The position numbers and the translations under genes were made by a program. The notes below the pieces were generated by a model. That model saw only the letters and a list, made by a program, of their open reading frames with translations, searched no databases and had not been told where the DNA came from. DNA of 64,000 nucleotides from positions 62,001 through 126,000 of the forward strand of contig NIVC01001592.1 of assembly GCA_002269645.1 (NCBI GenBank). Reading direction: 5' to 3'. Within the stretch, counting starts at the first letter, position 1, and each line of letters starts with the position of its first letter. This document shows positions 10,030 through 22,709 of this stretch, in pieces. This stretch comes from Macrostomum lignano (Eukaryota).

Positions 10030-13000
10030 CAATAGAACGCTGGCCAGCCGGTATTGACAACGCCAAAGGCGGTTTTCATCGGCGCCAGCTGAGGCGCCCC
10101 GCCCCAGCCCAGCAGGTGCACATGAAAATTGGCGCCAGGCAGCCTCACTAACAGCCTGGTCGTGTGCGGCCCCGGCTCCGAATCCGGCGAGTAGATTACG
10201 GACACAGAAACCCGCCTGCAGCCGGGCGGAAACTCCACCTGCCTGAGCCAGGACGGCTCCAAGCGGAAGTTGGGATGGCGCAGCTCGAGGCGGGCGATGA
10301 TTGGCGCGGCGGTGGCTGGCAGAGGGGCGGCAGACTGCGGAAAGCATGATGCATAAATACGGAATAGAAAGCTGGAGTGCACACGAAAGTTGGCGGTTAA
10401 AGATAGTAAAAATGCCGCAAACATGAAAATGTGTTTAATGTAGCTCGCATAAAATTTTTAAAATACATTCTTGTGTTACGAAAATAGTACAGATTTTGTA
10501 GCAATAAAAACAAGTCGCAAACAATATAAGGAACAAAGAGTTAAATAATAGAACAAAGAGTCAAAGAACAAAGGAACAGTCAAAGAACAAAGATTCAAAA
10601 AAGAACAAAGAGTCAAGAAATAGAACAGGGGCTAGGAATAGAAAGAGTCAATGAATACAACACAGTCAATAAAAATAAAAAGAGTCAATGAATAAAAGAG
10701 TCAAGGAACAGAACCAAGAGTCAAGGAATCGAACAAAGAGTCAAGGAATACAACAAAGAGTCAAGGAGTAGAACAAAGAGTCAAGGAATAGAACAAAGAG
10801 TCAAGGAGTAGAACAAAGAGTCAAGGAATAGAACAAAGAGTCAACATGAACGAAACTCAATACTGAAAGGAAAAAGAAATTGAAAGGAAAATAAAAACCT
10901 TTTTAACCAGCTCTGCTCACCTGCTGAGGCACCAGCACCAGGTGTTGCGTGTGCCCCGTATCCATAGCAACGCCGGGCCAAACCAGGCGATTAACAGTGG
11001 CAGCCAGCGGCGGCGGCTCGCTGTTGGCGCTGCCGGAGTCGAGGCTGCCGGCATCGACGCTGCGCCGGCAGGAATTCAGCAGCGAGTCGGTGGCAACAGG
11101 CGGCAAGGCCACCAGCGGAGCAGTCAGCAGATCTCGATGGTCCGGCGGCAGGCGGATGGACAAGCGGCCTGTGACCGGCGGAGGCCGGCCACGGCTGTCG
11201 AAGGCGGCGGCGGCGGCGGCGGCGGAGTCACCCAGGCGTCGTCGGCGGCAGACGAGGCGCAGCGGGGCCAGGCTGTGGCCGGGCACCGTCAAGCGAATGG
11301 CGCGACCGTCGCCTTGGACTTCGGCGACGTCGGCGGCCGATTCAGCCGATTCGAAAGCAAACTTGACGTCGTCATCGGCAGCCTGACTGTCGCAGGTGAG
11401 CAGCGCCAGAACGGTGGCCGGCTCCGGGCTGAGGTTCTGCAGCTGGACAAGCCGGCTTTGGCTCATCTGCTGCTGCTGCTGCTTGACCGGCAAGTCGGAC
11501 TGCGGCGGGTCAAAGGTCACCTGGGGGGGGTGTCCAAACAGTAACAATTGCGCTTGTAACGATTAGTAGCTGAACAATAGGGACAATACCCCAAATCACA
11601 CAATGACAATACCCCAAATCACACAATGACAATACCCCAAATCACACACAATCACTCAGTGACAATACCCCAAATCACACAAAATCACACAATGACAATA
11701 CCCAAATCACACAATGACAATACCCCAAATCACACTGACAATACCCCAAATCACACAATGACAATATCCCAAATCACACAGTGACAATACCCCAAATCAC
11801 ACAATGACAATGATACCAGCAAAGAATTCAGCCACAGACAAAGACAAGCCACATGTTCATGGCGAACTCACCTGGCCACCACTAGGCGTGACCAGTCGCA
11901 GGCCGATGCCACCAGCCTCCAAGCTGACAGTCCTACTACAGCCGGGCAAAGCCGATGCCCCAGAAGCCACCTGCACCAGCACCTCGGCCAGATAGAAGCC
12001 GCTCCGCCTTGGCGCAAATTTCACCAACACTGGCTTGGAGCAGCGAGCATCCAGACTGAGCCGGGGCGTCAGCGCAAACGGGATCTGGTCGGTTGCTAGG
12101 GTGACAAATCGATTGCCAACCTGCTCAGCGCAATAGGCTAAGCTGATTGACAGCTCAACTCGCCAGTCGCAGCAGCTGGTGAGGCTGAGCTCGGCTGTAT
12201 GGCAGGAGCCAACCGGGACCTGGTCAGGCAGGGCCAGCCGGTTGGGGCACAGGAACGGGGCGCTGCCGGCGCTGCTGAGACGTTGGAGAATCGGACAGGT
12301 CAAGTTTCAGTTAATTCAGTATGCCAGATATACTAAGTATCAATATTACACATTCTGCTGACTCCTCAAGCGCAGAAGAGGAGTCAGCCCCCAAACATGC
12401 TAGATATATTGGCATAGTAGCCGCTGAAAGCATGCACAACATCGGCACCAACCCAGCATTAAGCGCCGCTAGATATATTGGCATAGTAGCCGCTGAAAGC
12501 ATGCACAACATCGGCACCAACCCAGCATTAAGCGCCGCTAGATATATTGGCATAGTAGCCGCTGAAAGCATGCACAACATCGGCACCAACCCAGCATTAA
12601 GCGCCGCTAGATATATTGGCATAGTAGCCGCTGAAAGCATGCACAACATCGGCACCAACCCAGCATTAAGCGCCGCTAGATATATTGGCATAGTAGCCGC
12701 TGAAAGCATGCACAACATCGGCACCAACCCAGCATTAAGCGCCGCTAGATATATTGGCATAGTAGCCGCTGAAAGCATGCACAACATCGGCACCAACCCA
12801 GCATTAAGCGCCGCTAGATATATTGGCATAGTAGCCGCTGAAAGCATGCACAACATCGGCACCAACCCAGCATTAAGCGCCGCTAGATATATTGGCATAG
12901 TAGCCGCTGAAAGCATGCACAACATCGGCACCAACCCAGCATTAAGCGCCGCTAGATATATTGGCATAGTAGCCGCTGAAAGCATGCACAACATCGGCAC

Positions 13001-14482
13001 CAACCCAGCATTAAGTGCCGCTAGATATATTGGCATAGTAGCCGCTGAAAGCATGCACAACATCGGCACCAACCCAGCATTAAGCGCCGCTAGATATATT
13101 GGCATAGTAGCCGCTGAAAGCATGCACAACATCGGCACCAACCCAGCATTAAGCGCCGCTAGATATATTGGCATAGTAGCCGCTGAAAGCATGCACAACA
13201 TCGGCACCAACCCAGCATTAAGCGCCGCTAGATATATTGGCATAGTAGCCGCTGAAAGCATGCACATCGGCACCAACCCAGCATTAAGCGCCGACTTCTG
13301 CTGACTCTGCAGCAGCGCCGCCGGCCTAGGAATAGGAGTAGACCGCATGAAGGACTCCTTCAAATTGAAGCTCGGCTCCCCGGCGGTGGCGTCCAGCAGC
13401 AGAGTGGACACCGGCGGCACCGGCCGTCTGGGGGTTGGCTGCGGCATGCTGTTCTCCTTCTCTGCAGTGGAAGCCACTGCCGCCGCGGACCGGCCCTTGT
13501 TTCTGTGCAGCTCCCTGGCCAGGTGCATCGCACGCTCGGCTCGTGTCGAAGAGTTCGCGTCGCCAAATGCCGACGAAGCAGCCGACGTTGCGACGACTGT
13601 CGATGCCGGAGCTGCTGCCGACGCTGCCGACGCAGGCGCTGCGCCCGCAGCAGACGACGGCCCGGTAGACAGTCGATCAACGGCGCCAAGGATGGCGCTC
13701 AGTTCAAACACAGACGTCTGCAGCTGAGACTGACAGCCAGTCTCTGTCACTTTGGTTCTACTCTCCTCATCTCCGTACTCATCGTTGCCATCCCGATCTT
13801 CATCTGCACAGCGGCTGTCCGGCTGCTGCTGCTGCTGCTGCGGAGTCTCCGGATCGAACTCTTCCTCTCGGATGAAGCTGAGATCGCCTCGGCTAACCAA
13901 AGCAGCCGATGCAGACTGAAGCCGCTGCATAGCCGCCACCAGCTCCGGCTGGCTGCTGGCCTTCTCAGCAAACAGCCGGTCCAGCTCCGAGCAGCCGCTG
14001 CGGCCGCCCGACAGGTCGCTGATCTGCAGCTGTTGAATTGACCGAAGGTCCTCCATCAGCGTGTCCGAGGCGTTAGCCAGCAGCTGGTTCTGATCCACTG
14101 GCCCGGCCAGTTTGTCCGCCTCCTCGTTCTCCATGTTGCTCAGCAGGCTTAGAAATCTTGACGGATTAGCGGCGAAGCAGTCGAATGCGCCTCGGCTGCC
14201 GCCGCATCCGCCACCGCTGCGACTTCTGCGCATCGCTTCCGGTTCGGCAGCGTCTTCCGCCACGTCGTTCGGGGCAGCGGCTAGACAGTCCAGATCGACT
14301 TCGTCGGCAAGAGCGCCATAGTCGTTCGCGTCGTCATCATCGGCAGCTGAGCCGACAAAGTCGGGCAGGCCGGCCAACCAGTCGTTGACCTTCAACGATG
14401 GCGGACGACGACGAGGCACCGACGAAAAGTCGGAGTCCGCCGATGCAGAGCCGCCTCTCTGCTGCTTCTGCTGCTGGTCTGA
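10030..14482 (-). CDS. CEP192: CEP192/SPD-2-like centrosomal protein (partial; further 3' exons lie left of the window)
   Basis: Exons ~14482-13300 (donor uncertain), ~12274-11872, 11520-10921 and 10334-~10030. The last two internal junctions are canonical GT-AG, phase 0. A long acidic disordered N-terminus is followed by ASH/Ig-like beta segments. LLGWGGAPQL and VVNTG resemble the LSGYGG..NL and VRNTG motifs of the SPD-2 domain. Confidence 0.7.
10531..10845. repeat. 20-bp intronic minisatellite (GAACAAAGAGTCAAGGAATA)
   Basis: Degenerate to near-perfect units within CEP192 intron 10335-10920. Confidence 0.88.
11582..11810. repeat. 23-bp intronic minisatellite (GACAATACCCCAAATCACACAAT)
   Basis: About 9-10 units within CEP192 intron 11521-11871. 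Confidence 0.9.
12400..13292. repeat. 69-bp tandem array, about 13 copies, at the end of the large CEP192 exon
   Basis: Period 69 (for example CCGCTGAAAG at 12421 and 12490), nearly invariant. It is open in the CEP192 frame but probably intronic. Confidence 0.96.
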
Positions 14483-14586
14483 CTGCAAAAAATACAGAAA
14501 ATTAGGTCAGGCGGCTGATGTCTTTTTAAGATCTGGGGCTTGATTTCTAGAATTTGCCTGTAGGATAAGTAGAATTTTTGTTTATA

Positions 14587-15236
14587 GAGGTTTGGAGTTC
14601 GATTCCTGCAGAGTGGCAAGATAGGTACCCTGTGGAGGTTTGGAGTTCGATTCCTGCAGAGTGGCGAGATAGGTACCCTGTGGAGGTTTGGAGTTCGATT
14701 CCTGTAGAGTGGCAGATTTGATACTCTTTAGAGGTTTGGAGTTCGATTCCTGCAGAGTGGCAAGATAGGTACCCTGTGGAGGTTTGGAGTTCGATTCCTG
14801 CAGAGTGGCGAGATAGGTACCCTGTGGAGGTTTGGAGTTCGATTCCTGTAGAGTGGCGGATTTGATACTCTTTAGAGGTTTGGAGTTCGATTCCTGCAGA
14901 GTGGCAAGATAGGTACCCTGTGGAGGTTTGGAGTTCGATTCCTGTAGAGTGGCGGATTTGATACTCTTTAGAGGTTTGGAGTTCGATTCCTGCAGAGTGG
15001 CAAGATAGGTACCCTGTGGAGGTTTGGAGTTCGATTCCTGTAGAGTGGCGGATTTGATACTCTTTAGAGGTTTGGAGTTCGATTCCTGTAGAGTGGCGGA
15101 TTTGATACTCTTTAGAGGTTTGGAGTTCGATTCCTGCAGAGTGGCAGATTTGATACTCTTTAGAGGTTTGGAGTTCGATAGCAAGATAGGTACCCTGTGG
15201 AGGTTTGGAGTTCGATTCATGCAGAGTGGCGGGATT
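14587..15236. repeat. 48-bp tandem array with two alternating unit types
   Basis: 14 units share GAGGTTTGGAGTTCGAT, followed by either a GCAAGATAGGTACCCTGTG-type or a GCGGATTTGATACTCTTTA-type tail. Confidence 0.95.
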
Positions 15237-15771
15237 GGCAACCTGTTTCTAGTTACTCTTTTCAGAAATAAAAAATTAAATATCTCTAATAATCGTATTA
15301 GGAAAACGATTTTTATGTGAATCTTAAAAATATTTGTAAAATCAGTTAATTTTTACATTTTTGGCTATCTAAAATAAAAGCATTACAGAAAAAATCATTC
15401 TGTATACAAAATTGCCGTAGACCAAGGTCACGTGACCCTAATTGAGCGCATTCAAAATTGACAGATAAGGCACAGGATTTGGCACTTGAAGATAAAAATC
15501 GATAGGCAAAATAGAGCATGATATCACATGACGCAAATGGGGGTGGAAAACACCAAGGTTTATAAAAACGTAAAGACAAAATCTGCTATGAAATGTCTGA
15601 CAAGAGCAACAGCAAACCAAATATTTCGTAATCGCCTTTCTAATCGCCAGGCATGTACACTCTCTGCGCCTTGGGGCTGGTCTTTTGGCCAATATATTTT
15701 ACAACTTTTATCGTTAAATTTCTCTAGCCAAATCCTTGTATTTCTACTTTCAGTAGCCGATCTCTCCATAG

Positions 15772-18700
15772 TCATCCAAATAACTCACTCTCAGTCAGCC
15801 AATCTGACGGCACCCACCGACCCGACGTCTCCGCATCCTTCAGAGCGGCCAACAGTCGCTGGACAGCCAAGTCAGCATTGCTGGCAGCATTCAGCGAGAG
15901 GTCGCACAGCGGCCTGTACACCTTAAACAGGTCCTCGGCGGCCGCTGGTCCGCAGCAGTAGGCTATCAGCGGCTTGTAGCGAGGGCAGCGCAGTCGCGGA
16001 ATTGTCTCGCATTGGCAAGTCAGCACAGCCGTCTTGGAGTTGGCCGATGCGGTTGAGACCGCTCTGTCCAGTGCGTCGGCACGAAGGCCGCTTGACTGCT
16101 CCAGCAGCTCGCCAGCCAGATGGGCCCGGCGAAGCTCCTCGCGTAATCTTCGACCGCCGCTGCTGCCGTTAGTAGCGACGGCAACAGCTATGAATCTGTC
16201 AGGCAGCCGATCGATAAGCCGACGCTGAAGGCGACTGCGACTGGAGCCCGAGGGGCCGGCGAGGACCAGACAGACTACTGGCTGCGGCCGGGCGCGGGAC
16301 ACCAGCTCGTAGTACCGACTGGCTGGAGCCTGCGGCTGCTGGCGTCTGGCAACTGCCGCGGCGGGAAACTGATTGGCCGAAGCTGAACGGGCCAGGGCTG
16401 CTGACGACGCTCGACGGATGTTGCTGGTAGCTGCAACTGCGAGGGGGATCTGACGGCATGCTGCGACGGGAATTCTGAGCAACTCTGGTTGGAAACTGGC
16501 TTTTCTGGCATCCTGCAGACTGCCGCTGCGGCTACCTCTGATCCTGCAGACTGCCGCTGCTGCTACCTCTGATCCTGCAGACTGCCGCTAACACCAACTC
16601 TGATCCTGCAGACTGCCACTACCACCAACTCTGATCCTGCAGACTGCCGCTAACACCAACTCTGATCCTGCAGACTGCCGCTAACACCAAATCTGATCCT
16701 ACAGACTGCCGCTAACACCAACTCTGATCCTGCAGACTGCCGCTAACACCAACTCTGATCCTACAGACTGCCGCTAACACCAACTCTGATCCTGCAGACT
16801 GCCGCTAACACCAACTCTGATCCTGCAGACTGCCGCTAACACCAACTCTGATCCTACAGACTGCCGCTAACACCAACTCTGATCCTGCAGACTGCCGCTA
16901 ACACCAACTCTGATCCTGCAGACTGCCGCTAACACCAACTCTGATCATGCAGACTGCCGCTACTACTACTACCTCAGATCCTACAACAGCGGAGCCCCTT
17001 AGCCTTACACGCATTCGAGGCGGACATCCGTGGCGGAGCGCTCAACCTTCGGTTCCCGTCGTCCATCGATCGGACAGTCTGCAAGGACGGCACCAGACCC
17101 CAGGCAGCATGGCCGCTTCCAGCGCCTTCACTAACCGGCCGAGCCAGCCAGTATTCGGTGCCTCCTGCGCTATCCAGTTCGCCAGCAAGCAACACTTGAA
17201 GGATGTCGCCGCATGTGACTTGCAAACCCTTCGGCGGCTGCTGGTCCTCTTTGTGACGCGACACAAACCGACGCCGACGCTGTGCCAGCCGACTGTCCAG
17301 GTCGGGTTTGTAGTCGAAACAGGCGCGAATGTACTGGCGCGTGGCGCCGCCGCTCCTCTGCTGTCGGGATTTTGCAACGGGTGGAGTCAGCAGGCCGAAG
17401 GTGACGGTGCCGCTTAGCTGGCGAAGCATCCGACGCAGAGCTTCTGGCGTGTCAACAGGCTGCTCATTGACTTCAACGATCAAGTCGCCGGCTTGAAGGA
17501 CGCCCTGTCGGTCTAGCTGGCCGCCTGGTTGGATCTCCTCGACTGCCAGCAGCCAGCAGCGACCGCCGGGCAGGCCGGGGACCTTCACCCGGCTGGTTGT
17601 GAGGCCCAGGCACTCGCCGAAGCCTTTGTAAATGCTCACCTGGCCAGGGGAGGGCCGTTTGTCTATTGTGTGCTTCTTTGCGGCTCAATTCGGGGATCTG
17701 GGAGGCTGGCCTAGCAACTGAGTATCTGGGAGACTGGGCCAGCAACTGACACTCTAATAGGTTGGCCCAGCAACTGAGGATCTGGGAGGCTGGCCCAGCA
17801 ACTGAGGATCTGGGAGGCTGGCCCAGCAACTGAGGATCTGGGAGGCTGGACCAACAACTGAGAATCTGGGAGGCTGGCCCAGACACTGAGGATCTGGGAG
17901 GCTGGCCCAGACACTGAGGATCTGGGAGGCTGGCCCAGACACTGAGGATCTAGGAGGCTGGCCCAGCAACTGAGGATCTGGGAGGCTGGCCTAGCAACTG
18001 AGGATCTGGGAGGCTGGCCCAGACACTGAGGATCTAGGAGGCTGGCCCAGCAACTTTGGATCTGGGAGGCTGGCCTAGCAACTGAGGATCTGGGAGGCTG
18101 GCCCAGACACTGAGGATCTGGGAGGCTGGCCCAGCAACTGAGGATCTGGGAGGCTGGCCCAGACACTGAGGATCTAGGAGGCTGGCCCAGCAACTTTGGA
18201 TCTGGGAGGCTGGCCCAGCAACTGAGGATCTGGGAGGCTGGCCCAGACACTGAGGATCTGGGAGGCTGGCCCAGCAACTGAAGATCTGGGAGGCTGGCCC
18301 AGCAACTGAGGATCTGGGAGGCTGGCCCAGCAACTGACACTCTGGGAGGCTGGCCCATACACTGAGGATCTGGGAGGCTGGCCCAGCAACTGACACTCTG
18401 GGAGGCTGGCCCATACACTGAGGATCTGGGAGGCTGGCTCAGCAACTGACACTCTGGGAGGCTGGCCCATACACTGAGGATCTGGGAGGCCTCACCTGAC
18501 GATCCGCAACAAGAAACGCGTCCCCTGAGGACAGTCTCTCCTCCGTAGTCGACAGCGCTGAAGAAGCGTCCAGCGCAGCGCTGCCTGTCACCGAGGACAC
18601 GGTCATGGACACCGAAGCGGTGGTCGGGGCCGCGGACGCGCTGGAGCCAGGAGGCGGCAGACCAGCATAGCTGACCCGTTTCACCTTGGCCGGCTGCGCT

Positions 18701-19909
18701 CTCGGCTGCCTCAGCTGTACACCAGACGTAGAGCCGCTTCCACCGGCTTCGACAGTGGGAGGAGAGACGTCAGCAGCGGCATCAGTAGCCGCGGCCAGAG
18801 AGTCGAAAGCAACAAAAAAACTGGCCAGCAACCGCGAGGACAATAAATTATTCAATTCTGCCGCGTCCGAATTTAATCCAGCCTTGATTAGCGACACCTG
18901 GCGAACGGTGCGTTTGCTTTTAATATAACTTATAGTAGTAGTGTACGAGAGGGTTCTTCTTGATTCACACTACCGTCGCTTGCATTCTAAATTACCCATC
19001 CTTTTGTTAATAATTAATACTTTAGTGCCAGAGGCGCCAGCACCAGAGGCGCCAGCACCAGAGGCGCCAGAACCAGAGGCGCCAGCACCAGAGGCGCCAG
19101 CACCAGAGGCGCCAGCACCAGAGGCGCCAGCACCAGAGGCGCCAGCACCAGAGGCGCCAGCACCAGAGGCGCCAGCACCAGAGGCGCCAGCACCAGAGGC
19201 GCCAGCACCAGAGGCGCCAGCACCAGAGGCGCCAGCACCAGAGGCGCCAGCACCAGAGGCGCCAGCACCAGAGGCGCCAGAACCAGAGGCGCCAGCACCA
19301 GAGGCGCCAGCACCAGAGGCGCCAGCACCAGAGGCGCCAGCACCAGAGGCGCCAGCACCAGAGGCGCCAGAACCAGAGGCGCCAGCACCAGAGGCGCCAG
19401 CACCAGAGGCGCCAGCACCAGAGGCGCCAACACCAGAGGCGCCAGCACCAGAGGCGCCAGCACCAGAGGCGCCAGCACCAGAGGCGCCAACACCAGAGGC
19501 GCCAGCACCAGAGGCGCCAGCACCAGAGGCGCCAACACCAGAGGCGCCAGCACCATCACCATTGGTTACCATTCATCAATACCTGAACATCGCGCACAAG
19601 GAACAATACAGATGCAGAGTATGCAGATCTAGTTGCTGCAGCAGCCGCGCCAATTGTAGGCAAAGCTTCTAGAAGGACAACAAGCTGACAGCAATGAGCA
19701 ATGGCGCCAGCAGGAGACAGGAGACTGTCTAGAAACTGAAGCTCGCAGGCCCGAATGCCTGGCAGATGGGCTAAATTGGCATGAACAACCGATAGAGGCA
19801 ACAAATGATCATTATGACCACTGCATGGGTGAGTGCTGAAACTGCTGCTGTAGTTGTTGTTGCTGTTATTGCTGCTACTGGAAGCAAAGTCTGACAGTTC
19901 TTTATCCAT
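15772..19909 (-). CDS. MAGUK p55-subfamily (MPP/Stardust/PALS-like) scaffold: L27-PDZ-SH3-GuK
   Basis: Exons 19909-19583, 18897-18496, 17639-~17009 and ~16512-15772; the last junction is uncertain. Domains: L27-like LNNLLSSRLLASFFVAFDSLA; PDZ KGFGECLGLT...GDLIVEVN; SH3 YIRACFDYKP...GDILQV...YWLAR; GuK LVLAGPSG...LLE...YKPLIAY. Confidence 0.85.
16511..16975. repeat. 31-bp intronic minisatellite (CTGATCCTGCAGACTGCCGCTAACACCAACT)
   Basis: About 15 units filling the MAGUK intron between the SH3 and GuK exons. Confidence 0.95.
17695..18490. repeat. 28-bp intronic minisatellite (CCCAGCAACTGAGGATCTGGGAGGCTGG)
   Basis: About 28 units beginning immediately after the GTGAG donor at 18495. Confidence 0.95.
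19027..19555. repeat. 15-bp intronic minisatellite (CCAGAGGCGCCAGCA)
   Basis: About 35 units within MAGUK intron 18898-19582. Confidence 0.96.
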
Positions 19910-20503
19910 TTATGTTTTGAGTGCTAGAAAAAAATCAGTGGCAATACTGGTTGATTCACTGCCCAAAATTAATGTAGTTGTTAGTTTATATCAACAAAAG
20001 ACATCAAAACAGAACCAGATAGTGCTTAGTTTAGTTAGTTATTTAATATTCATTTTGAGTTCAATAATACACAAAAATAAAGTTTGATCTGAGTTCAGAA
20101 TATCAATTAATATATATATACTTTTATATACACATAGTTTTTAAGAAAAGCATTTGCAAAATATTTTAGTATGATGTATATCCGGAGTGTCCTTGGTATT
20201 CTGGTCTCTTACTACTAAGGATCTATAACAACTTTGGTTACCAATGTGAGAGCCATCTAACTGAGATAGTAGATTTGACTAACTTTTTCTGATGATGCAA
20301 TCACTTGGTGTTAACTTACTGATGGTTGTATTTGGTGTTCACAATCTTGAGATGTTGTCTTACAAAAGAAAAAATATAAGGGACATGTCCCAAAAAAGCT
20401 CAATTACTTTGAGTTTATGGTAGGTTCTAATTATTTGGGTGAAAGTGAACCAAAGGTTCAACCTATTGTAAGGAAGGGGTTGGTTGTCAATTTATGTTTA
20501 GTA

Positions 20504-20935
20504 GGCTCATTCCATTACTGAATTGACAGAAAAAAATATGTTATGACCATAATGTTACGACCATAAGGCTGCCTTTTCTTTTGTATCTTTGTTGCCTTTT
20601 TGAGTTTATATATTCTACAAAAAGAGTATGATTACTAAAGATGTTCTGAGTCAAATATTAAAAAATGTATTGCAAAATATCAAAAATAAAAATGTTATAA
20701 GACTTTTACCTTTTAGTTTCTATATGTCAAAAATCCTGTTGTTACGACCATAAGTGCCATTCAAGGTTTAATAGCATCTATAATAATGATGATATCTACA
20801 TGAAACTCTATAAAAATATTTTTGACAAAATTATATTTCATTTAAAATATTGGTTTAGTATATTCTATTATTATATTTCATTTTATAAGTAAAAATAGTC
20901 TGTCATGTTACGACCATGCTTATATGGAATGAGCC
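20504..20935. mobile_element. MITE, 432 bp, with 12-bp TIR GGCTCATTCCAT
   Basis: TIRs at 20504-20515 and 20924-20935. A second, left-truncated copy lies at ~56110-56520. Confidence 0.75.
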
Positions 20936-21126
20936 AATAGGATAATTTATCAGGCTTGGCAATAAGGTTAGGTGGAAATACTATCTGTTCAAATCAAAAG
21001 CAACTTCTAAGCAATATGAGCTAGAGCATGAACAAGTGGGCAAGGAAAGGCAAGTTTCTTGCTTGGTTTTAATATTGGTTTATATAGCATTTTTAGTTGT
21101 TTGCATTGAGCATAATCTAGGTGGTA

Positions 21127-21300
21127 CATACATTAGCAACCTCAAAAATTTGGTCAGCCGTATGACTTAGTTTTAACAAAAATGCAACATAGTTTTTGGC
21201 CAAAAATGTGACTTTTACATGTAAAAGAAGCCCTAAAGCCCTTTGGCTGCCAAATTGGTCAGCCAAATTGGCCGACTTGGCTGACTGTTGCACATGTATG
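21127..21300. mobile_element. hAT-type MITE, family A, short CpG-decayed copy
   Basis: 8-bp TSD AGGTGGTA (21119-21126 / 21301-21308). TIR CATACAT..GCAAC. Homologous to 40897-41194. Confidence 0.85.
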
Positions 21301-22709
21301 AGGTGGTACATGAAAACTTTTCATTGGCTAATATAATATTGGGGTCATGTCCTTAGCTTTTGCTCTTAGCTCCTAGGCTATAGAAAAAGAAAGGGGCTAT
21401 ATATCAATTTACCAAATATAGTTATTAAGCTATTGGCTATGCAATATATAGATCAGATATAGGCCTAGATAAGTTATATTCTATTTTGTATACCATTTAA
21501 ATTTTAAGTATTTATCAAAAAGTGTAGATGCCCTTATTTAAAATTAGGATGACTTTTTTTCATTAAGCTAAAATTTTAACTTGATAGGATACCATTGAGT
21601 GTATGACTATAATGAAGATTATGCAAAGTTATTACTAAAATGCATAATCAAAAGTTTATACCAATATATACTTAGCTTTTTCTAGTCAATCTAATAAACT
21701 TATGCTAAGTAGAATTATTATTCTAACTATATAAACTTGCAACAACCAGCCTACATTTATGCTAGAAATTTTTTGGTCTATATTATATGATCTCTAAAGT
21801 CTAATAGGCTATGCCAAGATGGAATTCTTGCTTGGGGGTAAGAAAAATGTGCATACATTTTTGGAGCAGCGCGCAAGTGCGCATGCCAGCTCTAAAAATA
21901 AGTCATAATGCGGATCATGGCCCATGCACAAAAAATGAAATTTCATTTTTCTAGTTTTTGAATTCTATGCCAATGTAAATTAAAAAATTGTATTTTAAGT
22001 GTAAAGTAGCTTATATACTATATTTTTTAGAGAAAATATTCTTTCAAAATTATAAGAGTTTTACTAAACTTTAAAGTAACTGTTTTTGCTAAAAACTATT
22101 ATTCTTTGTTTTACTTTTATTTTGAAATTTTCTGGCATAAAAACAACCTTCTGGACTATGAAAAGTAGGAGAACTTGAGCATACATATGCCACATGGCAT
22201 ATTACCATGTTGAATGCATGTAAAAGACAAATCCTGTCTGTAATTCTGTGGCAAACAGCTTCTTGCGCAAGTGCATATGATGGAGCGCGCACACACTTCT
22301 TTAAAAGTGTGCAAGTAGGCTCCTTTTCAATGCGCAAGTGTGCACAAATTGACAAGCAGTTAAGCGCACACAAATGCATAACAACTTTTGTGCAAGAATT
22401 CCATCCTAGCCAATAGGCCTTTGAATAATATCCATAAGCCCAATCTCAAAGTATATATAGTTAGGCCTATAGTTAGGCCTATATACAATATAGTTTATAT
22501 ATATATAGTTTGTATATTATATAAACTATAAATAGGCCTAGCAAGATGGTTATTTTTATAGTCAAAACTTAAAACAAATACTATCTAAATGAAGTAACAA
22601 ACTTGCTATGCAAATACAAAGATATTTAAATTTAAAAAATAAAGAAACACATTATTAATAAATTTGATAATAATTTCTAAGGGTTTTGTCATACAGTCAT
22701 AGTAGCTTT

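Noticed and set aside
17624-17697. A 58-nt exon plus a 16-nt intron in the MAGUK gene
   Set aside because: A 16-nt intron is implausible. CCTGGCCAG|GTG at 17640/17639 works as a phase-0 acceptor leading directly into the PDZ frame.
18941-19672. Long ORFs running through minisatellites (PEAPA/GASGA here; also 14-1025, 14582-15241, 24655-25581, 46863-48419, 51227-51966, 52638-53118, 63327-63968)
   Set aside because: These are by-products of stop-free repeat units, open on several frames and strands, and most lie within introns defined by flanking splice sites.
21810-22410. Possible MITE with GATGGAATTCTTGC inverted ends
   Set aside because: An inverted repeat is present, but termini and TSD could not be fixed.
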